Translations under genes and position numbers: made by a program | Assembly (NCBI GenBank): GCA_030704615.1 | Contig: CM060731.1 | Location: 10,602,001-10,666,000, forward strand | DNA length: 64,000 nt | DNA from: Takakia lepidozioides | Taxonomy: Eukaryota > Plantae > Bryophyta | Direction: 5' to 3' | Shown here: positions 58,432 through 64,000 of the stretch, piece by piece | Position numbering within the stretch: the stretch's first letter is position 1 | Layout: every line of letters begins with the position of its first letter | The notes under the pieces: model-generated | Seen by the model: only the letters and a program-made list of their open reading frames with translations | Database searches by the model: none | What the model was told of the DNA's origin: nothing

Positions 58432-59770
58432 AATTGATTGAAAGCGTGAACTCAACGTTCGGTGTTCAAATGAATTTTTATTGCTTTCATTCTTTGCGAG
58501 TGTGTTGGACATATCTTGTCACAGGTCCTCTCAAGTATCAGGTGAAGCAAATATTGAAAGGGTGAACCCATCGTGAACTGTTCAAATGAATTTTGATTGC
58601 TTCGAATCTTTGCTAGAGTGTTGGACATGCCTTCTCACATGCTTCTCTCAAGTATGAGGTCAATCAAAATCGGTTTAGAGGGTGAACCCATCGTTCGTTG
58701 TTCAAATGATTTTTGATTGCTTCCAATCTTTGCGAGTGTGTTCGACATACCTTTTCACATGCTCCTCTCAAGTATGAAGTAAATCAAAATTGATTGAAAG
58801 GGTGAACCCATAGTTCGCTATTCAAATGATTTTTTATTGCTTTCAAACTTTGCGAGTGTGTTGGACATACCTTGTCAGAGGTATGTGTCGAGTATCAGGT
58901 CAATCGAAATTGATTCAAAGGGTGAACCCATCGTTCGCTGTTCAAATGATTTTTTATTGCATCCAATTTTTGCGAGTGTGTTGAACATATCTGTCAGAGG
59001 TATGTGTCAAGTATCAGGTCATTCGAATTGATTCAAACGGTGAACCCATCGTTCGCTGTTCAAATGATTTTTGATTGCTTCCAATCTTTGCGAGTGTGTT
59101 CGATATACCTTTTCACATGCTCCTCTCAAGTATGAAGTAAATCAAAATTGATTGAAAGGGTGAACCCATTGTTCGCTATTCAAATGATTTTTTATTGCTT
59201 TCAAACTTTGCGAGTGTGTTGGACATACCTTGTCAGAGGTATGTGTCGAGTATCAGGTCAATCGAAATTGATTCAAAGGGTGAACCCATCGTTCGCTGTT
59301 CAAATGATTTTTTATTGCATCCAATTTTTGCGAGTGTGTTGGACATAGCTTGTCACAGGCTCCTCTAAAGTATGAAGATTTTTTGATCGCTTTCAAACAT
59401 TGCGAGTGTGTTGGACATAACTGTCAGAGGTACGTGTCGAGTATCAGGTCATTCGAATTGATTCAAACGGTGAACCCATCGTTCGCTGTTCAAATGATTT
59501 TTGATTGCTTCCAATCTTTGCGAGTATGTTCGACATACCTTGTCAAAGATACATGTCGAGTATCAGGTCAATCCCAATTGATTGAAAGGGTGAACCCATC
59601 GTTCGCTGATCAAATGATTTTTTATTGCTTTCAATCATTGCGAGTGTGTTGCACACACCTTGTCAGAGATACGTGTCGAGAATCAGGTCAATCGAAATTG
59701 ATTCAAAGGACATAGACATACCTTCTCACGAGTACCTGTCAATTATCAGGTCTACGAAAATTGGTTGAAA
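58432..59770. repeat. ~120-bp satellite, ~11 monomers
   Basis: ggtgaaccca at 58561, 58681, 58801, 58921, 59039, 59159, 59279, 59469, 59589. Confidence 0.95.
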
Positions 59771-59788
59771 ATGTTTAGGGTACACGGT

Positions 59789-59832
59789 TAAACCCCAAAC
59801 TCTAAACCCTAGAAACCCTAAACCCTAAACCC
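59789..59832. repeat. Short interstitial telomere-like tract (CCCTAAA)n
   Basis: taaaccccaaactctaaaccctagaaaccctaaaccctaaaccc. Confidence 0.8.
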
Positions 59833-59919
59833 GTTTCAATTTCTTAATAGAAAATCCGGATCGCAGGTACCAAGTTTGTTTAAAAAAAAATAAAATAAAA
59901 ATAAAAATAAAATTCTCTC

Positions 59920-60300
59920 GGCGACCGGGGAGGCGTGGCGGGCGACCGCCCGTTCTTGGGACCGCCAATGCTGGCAGTCCCGAAATATTTTCTCTTTTTG
60001 TTGCCCAGGGCGACCGTATTGGTGGTCACCTAGCAGGGAGGGAGGGGGGTGAGGCGAGGTGCCTGACCACTGATATGGCGGTGCCCCACATGGCTGACGT
60101 GGCGGTCGCCCATGCCGGCGGCCCATCCCGCCAGGTGAGCGCTGACGTGGCGGTCGCCCGTGCCAGTAGCCAATCCGCCCGGGGACTGCCGACGTAGCAA
60201 CCGCTGACGTGGCGGTCGCCCGGGCCGGCGCCCCATCCCGCCCGGCGACCGGCGCCTGCATGGTCGCCTCGGCAAGCCGTCACTTGGCCGGTCACCTTCG
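59920..60300. repeat. GC-rich cluster of GGCGACCG/CGGTCGCC motifs in both orientations
   Basis: gctgacgtggcggtcgccc three times (~60093, 60141, 60203); ggcgaccg at ~59920, 59942, 60009, 60244; also 58323 and 58418. Confidence 0.7.
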
Positions 60301-60399
60301 TCCTCGTTGTCGCCAGCGTGGCCAAAAAAGGTAAAAAATAAAAAAAATAAAAAAACAATAACCGCGATGAATGTCTTCTTATGGACGCGACGTGACGAC

Positions 60400-61023
60400 T
60401 GTCACGTCTTGACGTGACACCGACAGAGGCGCTCACTAGGTGGAGCCCCGCACACCGGGTTGCGGTGGGGGTGGCTCCACAAGGGGTGGTGGTAGCTTAG
60501 CGGGACTTAGTGGGGTGGCATAGGACTCACCATGGGGTGGAGACCTCGAGGTGGGAGTCGTGGGGAGTCTTGGGACTCATCACGGTCCATTGGGGCCGCG
60601 GTGAGTGGGCCAAGACTCACCGCGACTCACCACCGGGAATCGAGGTATTCGTGGTGGTTCGCCATAAAATGGCATGGCTGGTTGTGAAACCCCCGCGGAC
60701 AACTACAGAAGTATATATAGGGAGTAGTAACCCCGAGAACGGTGCAAGCCCGTTGGTGACCAAAAACTAGTGAGTAAGCGAGCGAGCCGGGAAGCGACCA
60801 AAGAGTGGGGAGCTGTTCCGGACTGCCAATTACCAAAGGGAATTCCCGCTGGTTCCAAATCGGTGGAGGGTTCTTTGGGGAGAACAAAGGGGGGGGACCA
60901 TTATGCCCCGGTGAGCAGCCGAAGCTCCAAGTTGGCCCGGCGGCCAGGTTGGGAGTCAGGCGCGCGCATCAAAGCGAGTAACTATGACTTGAAGGGGAGC
61001 TTACCGAAGTGAGGTGCGCGACA
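60400..61023 (+). mobile_element. 5' LTR of a Ty3/Gypsy retrotransposon
   Basis: TGTCACG...CGCGACA termini, TATA-like gtatatatag at 60711, PBS immediately downstream. The left boundary is inferred because no 3' LTR is in the window. Confidence 0.7.
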
Positions 61024-61025
61024 CT

Positions 61026-61037
61026 TGGTATCAGAGC
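61026..61037 (+). promoter_or_regulatory. Primer-binding site complementary to initiator tRNA-Met
   Basis: TGGTATCAGAGC, 2 nt after the LTR end. Confidence 0.9.
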
Positions 61038-61078
61038 TTAGAGTTCAGTACGCGATTGTCCTTGGGATTGGCCTCATC

Positions 61079-64000
61079 ATGGGGTCGGGCAAGCCAAAGC
61101 GAAAGCGGAACGGCCCAAAAGATGATGATCCTGGTGAGCCCGATGGGGGCGACGTGTCACCGAGGCGGCCGTTTGAGGAAGCGATGAATGTTTCCGAAAA
61201 CGAGGCCGCTCAAGAGCGGGAGGAATCCGAGGAATCTGAGCCCGAGGAATCCTTGAGAGCTCCGACAAACCAAGAGATGCCTCCCATGCCGGCAGCCTTT
61301 TGGGAAGGGTTGTTGGCGCAGTTTGGCGGGACGTTGAAAGACGTGTTGAAGGCGGCTAATGCCACTTCCACTAAGGCAAAGTTTAAGGTGAAGCCTAAGG
61401 AACCCGACACCTTCGAGGGTGTTCGAAATCGGAAGGCACTCAACACCTGGCTCCTGGAGCTAGAGCAGTACTTCCGGGCGGCCAAGTTGAGTGACGAGGA
61501 TCGGGTGGAAGTGGCTCCCACCTATTTGAGGGGCTATGCTCAACAATGGTGGCAGAAACGCCTTCACGACCGAGGCCCAAGCCCGGAAACCTTGAACTGG
61601 AGTGGGTTCAAGGAATTGATGAAGAGACAGTTTGTGCCCCTCAACGCGTCCTGGCTTGCCCGGGACAAGATGAGGAATTTGAAGCAAACAGATGACATTC
61701 GGGGGTATGTCCAGGCTTTCAATGTGCTGTTGCTCGAAGTTCGCGGACATGGCAGAACCAGAAATGGTCTTCAACTTTGTGGCGGGACTGGCCCCATGGG
61801 CCAGGCGGAAGTTGGAGGAGAAGCCACCCAAGACTTTGAACGAGGCAATTGAGAGGGCTGAATGATGTCCCTAGGGGTGAGAGACAAGGCCGTACGGAGC
61901 TGAACCACAAGAAGACCCGGCGGGAAGGTGACTCCTTCCGACCGGAAAAGAAGTGGGATAGGCCACGCGGCGACAATGGCACGTGGAAATCGAAGGGAGG
62001 GCCTTCACACGTCAAGGCGGCACCCGGTGCTTCGAAAGGAAAAGCGGGTGGAGCGGCTTATGGCGGACAGAAGGCGACCTTTGATAGAGTGTGTTTCAAT
62101 TGCGGGGAGCCCGGGCACATGGCCAAGAAGTGCACAAAACCTCGACAATTGAACATGACTCGGGCAACCACGGAGCTGTCGGAAGATACCATCAGTCGCT
62201 TGGTGGAAGCGGTGGTCGCCAGGACTTGCAAGGTAGGCAACTATTCTTGTGAGTTGTATCAGGAAACTGGCGCCCTGCGTAAAGGGAGTTAGTTATTGTT
62301 CGTGGATGGGATAATATCCGGAACTAATGTGTCGTTGTTGGTGGACACAGGAGCGTCGCACTCCTTCATGACACCGGCGGCGGCGCGAAAGTTGGGACTC
62401 CCGACAAGTGACATAGGGGCCTCTATTGAGGTGCGTTCTGCCAAAGGAGAACCACAGTTGGCGACAAGGTTGGCGTTTGATGTTCCTCTTCAACTGGGGA
62501 GTTGGGAGGGACGTGAGAACTTCACCATCTGCGAGATCGATGGAGTGGATCTCATTTTGGGGATGACCTTTTTGAGCAAATCCGGAGCGGTCATAGATGG
62601 CCGCAAGAGAGTAGTCACGCTGCCATGTGGGAATGGTGGCGAGGTTTTACGAGTGTCAGAAACGCCCAAATCCGTGGGAGGGCGAATAAATCCTTCTGTC
62701 AGCAAAGGAGTGGGCCGTGGAGGAGGCACACGAGTCCCAGTTTTTGCTTTACATTAGAGAAGTGAAAGGAGAAGGCGATGGGGAGCCGAGCCCAGATTGG
62801 ATCAAGGGGATTTTGGAGAAATACCAGGTGTGATGCCGAAGGATTTACCAAGCGGCTTGCCACCGCGAAGTGGAGTTGACCACAAGATTGAGGTGATACC
62901 GGGATCGGAACTGCCTGCCAAGGCGCCCTACCGGTTGAGCCACAGAGAGTTGGTCGAGCTGAAGACTCAGCTCAAGGATCTAATGTCAAAGGGGTACATC
63001 CGGCCGAGTAAGTCACCTTACGGAGCCCCGGTGCTATTCGCAGACAAGAAGGATGGGACGTTGCGGATGTGTGTCGATTACAGGGCTTTGAATAAGGTGA
63101 CTATTAAAAATCGGTACCCTTTGCCAAGGATCGACGACCTTTTCGACCGGTTGGCAGGAGCGAAGTATTTCAGCCGGATCGACTTGCGCTCCGGCTATCA
63201 TCAAATTCGGGTGGCGGAAGGAGATGAGGAGAAGACCGCGTGCAGGACAAGGTATGGTTCATATGAGTTCTTGGTGATGCCTTTTGGGCTCACTAATGCA
63301 CCGGCGACCTTTAGCACGCTGATGAACAGCCTTTTTCAGGAGTGGTTGGATGACTTTGTGATCGTGTACATCGACGACATCTTGGTGTACTCGAAAACAA
63401 AGGAGGAACACCTGGAGCACCTCAAAAGGGTGTTCCAAAAGTTGCGGGAAGGGAAACTGTACGCCAAAGCTTCAAAATGCGAATTCGGGGTCACGAAAGT
63501 GGAGTTCTTGGGGCATGTGATTACACAGGATGGGATCAAAATGGATGACAGAAAGGTGAGGGCGATCTTGGACTGGGAGCCTCCGACTTCGGTCCCGGGA
63601 GTGCGATCCTTCCTAGGACTCGCCTCCTATTACCGGAAGTATGTGAGAAATTTTGCCAAGATCGCGGGGCCGCTGTCGGACCTTCTGTGTAAATCCAAAG
63701 TCTGGGTATGGAACACATTTTGTGGCCAAACTTTTGCTGAATTGAAGCAGCGGATGGCGGAAGCTCTAGTCTTGAAAATCCCGGAGTTCGATCGTCCATT
63801 TGAGATTCATACAGATGCGTCGGACTTCGCGATTGGGGGTGTACTTATGCAAGATGAACGTCCAGTGACTTACGAAAGTAAGAAACTGAATGAAGTGGAG
63901 CGACGGTGGCCGACGCACGAAAAAGAGATGAAGGCGGTGGTGCACTGTCTTGAGCTTTGGCGCCACTATGTTGGTTCCAACCCAGTGAAGGTGTTCACGG
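61079..64000 (+). mobile_element. Ty3/Gypsy gag-pol (gag, CCHC knuckle, protease, RT, RNase H), disrupted, continues beyond the window
   Basis: KPKEPDTFEG..YLRGYAQQWW; CFNCGEPGHMAKKC; LVDTGAS; [33 protein letters not shown] (~63367); TDAS (~63810). Order PR-RT-RH; frameshifts and an in-frame TAG. Confidence 0.95.

Noticed and set aside
58432-59770. CRISPR array or coding ORFs (58837, 59148, 59350)
   Set aside because: The whole 120-bp unit repeats with no unique spacers; the ORFs are by-products of the satellite.
62290-62292. Programmed gag-pol stop readthrough
   Set aside because: In frame, but the element has several other lesions; a simple nonsense mutation (e.g. CAG>TAG) is more parsimonious.

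Overview
Eukaryotic nuclear DNA from a non-seed land plant (inferred: bryophyte, lycophyte or fern). It has spliceosomal introns, a PLS-class PPR gene with very uniform repeats, and an RTEX-type LINE. Genes: (1) a tRNA-Thr(UGU) between two divergently transcribed paralogous first exons; (2) a spliced PLS-PPR gene in which splicing builds an N-terminal OSB-type 'PDF' ssDNA-binding motif, followed after its stop codon by a decayed E2/E+/DYW tail; (3) an intronless GRAS factor of the mycorrhiza-associated RAD1 clade; (4) an 8-exon DUF789 gene; (5) a 3-exon Crinkler/RHS-type (CR) effector-like gene (Ubl-like header, NLS, P-loop NTPase, PD-(D/E)XK nuclease). The rest is mostly repeats: two LINE remnants, tRNA-derived SINEs, a MITE with an empty-site paralog in the window, hAT and pogo-like fragments, several satellites, and the 5' part of a decayed Ty3/Gypsy element running off the right end. 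The best candidates for undescribed biology are the PDF-PPR(-DYW) fusion and the intact CR nuclease-effector gene. All homology calls are motif recognition by eye; no searches were run.
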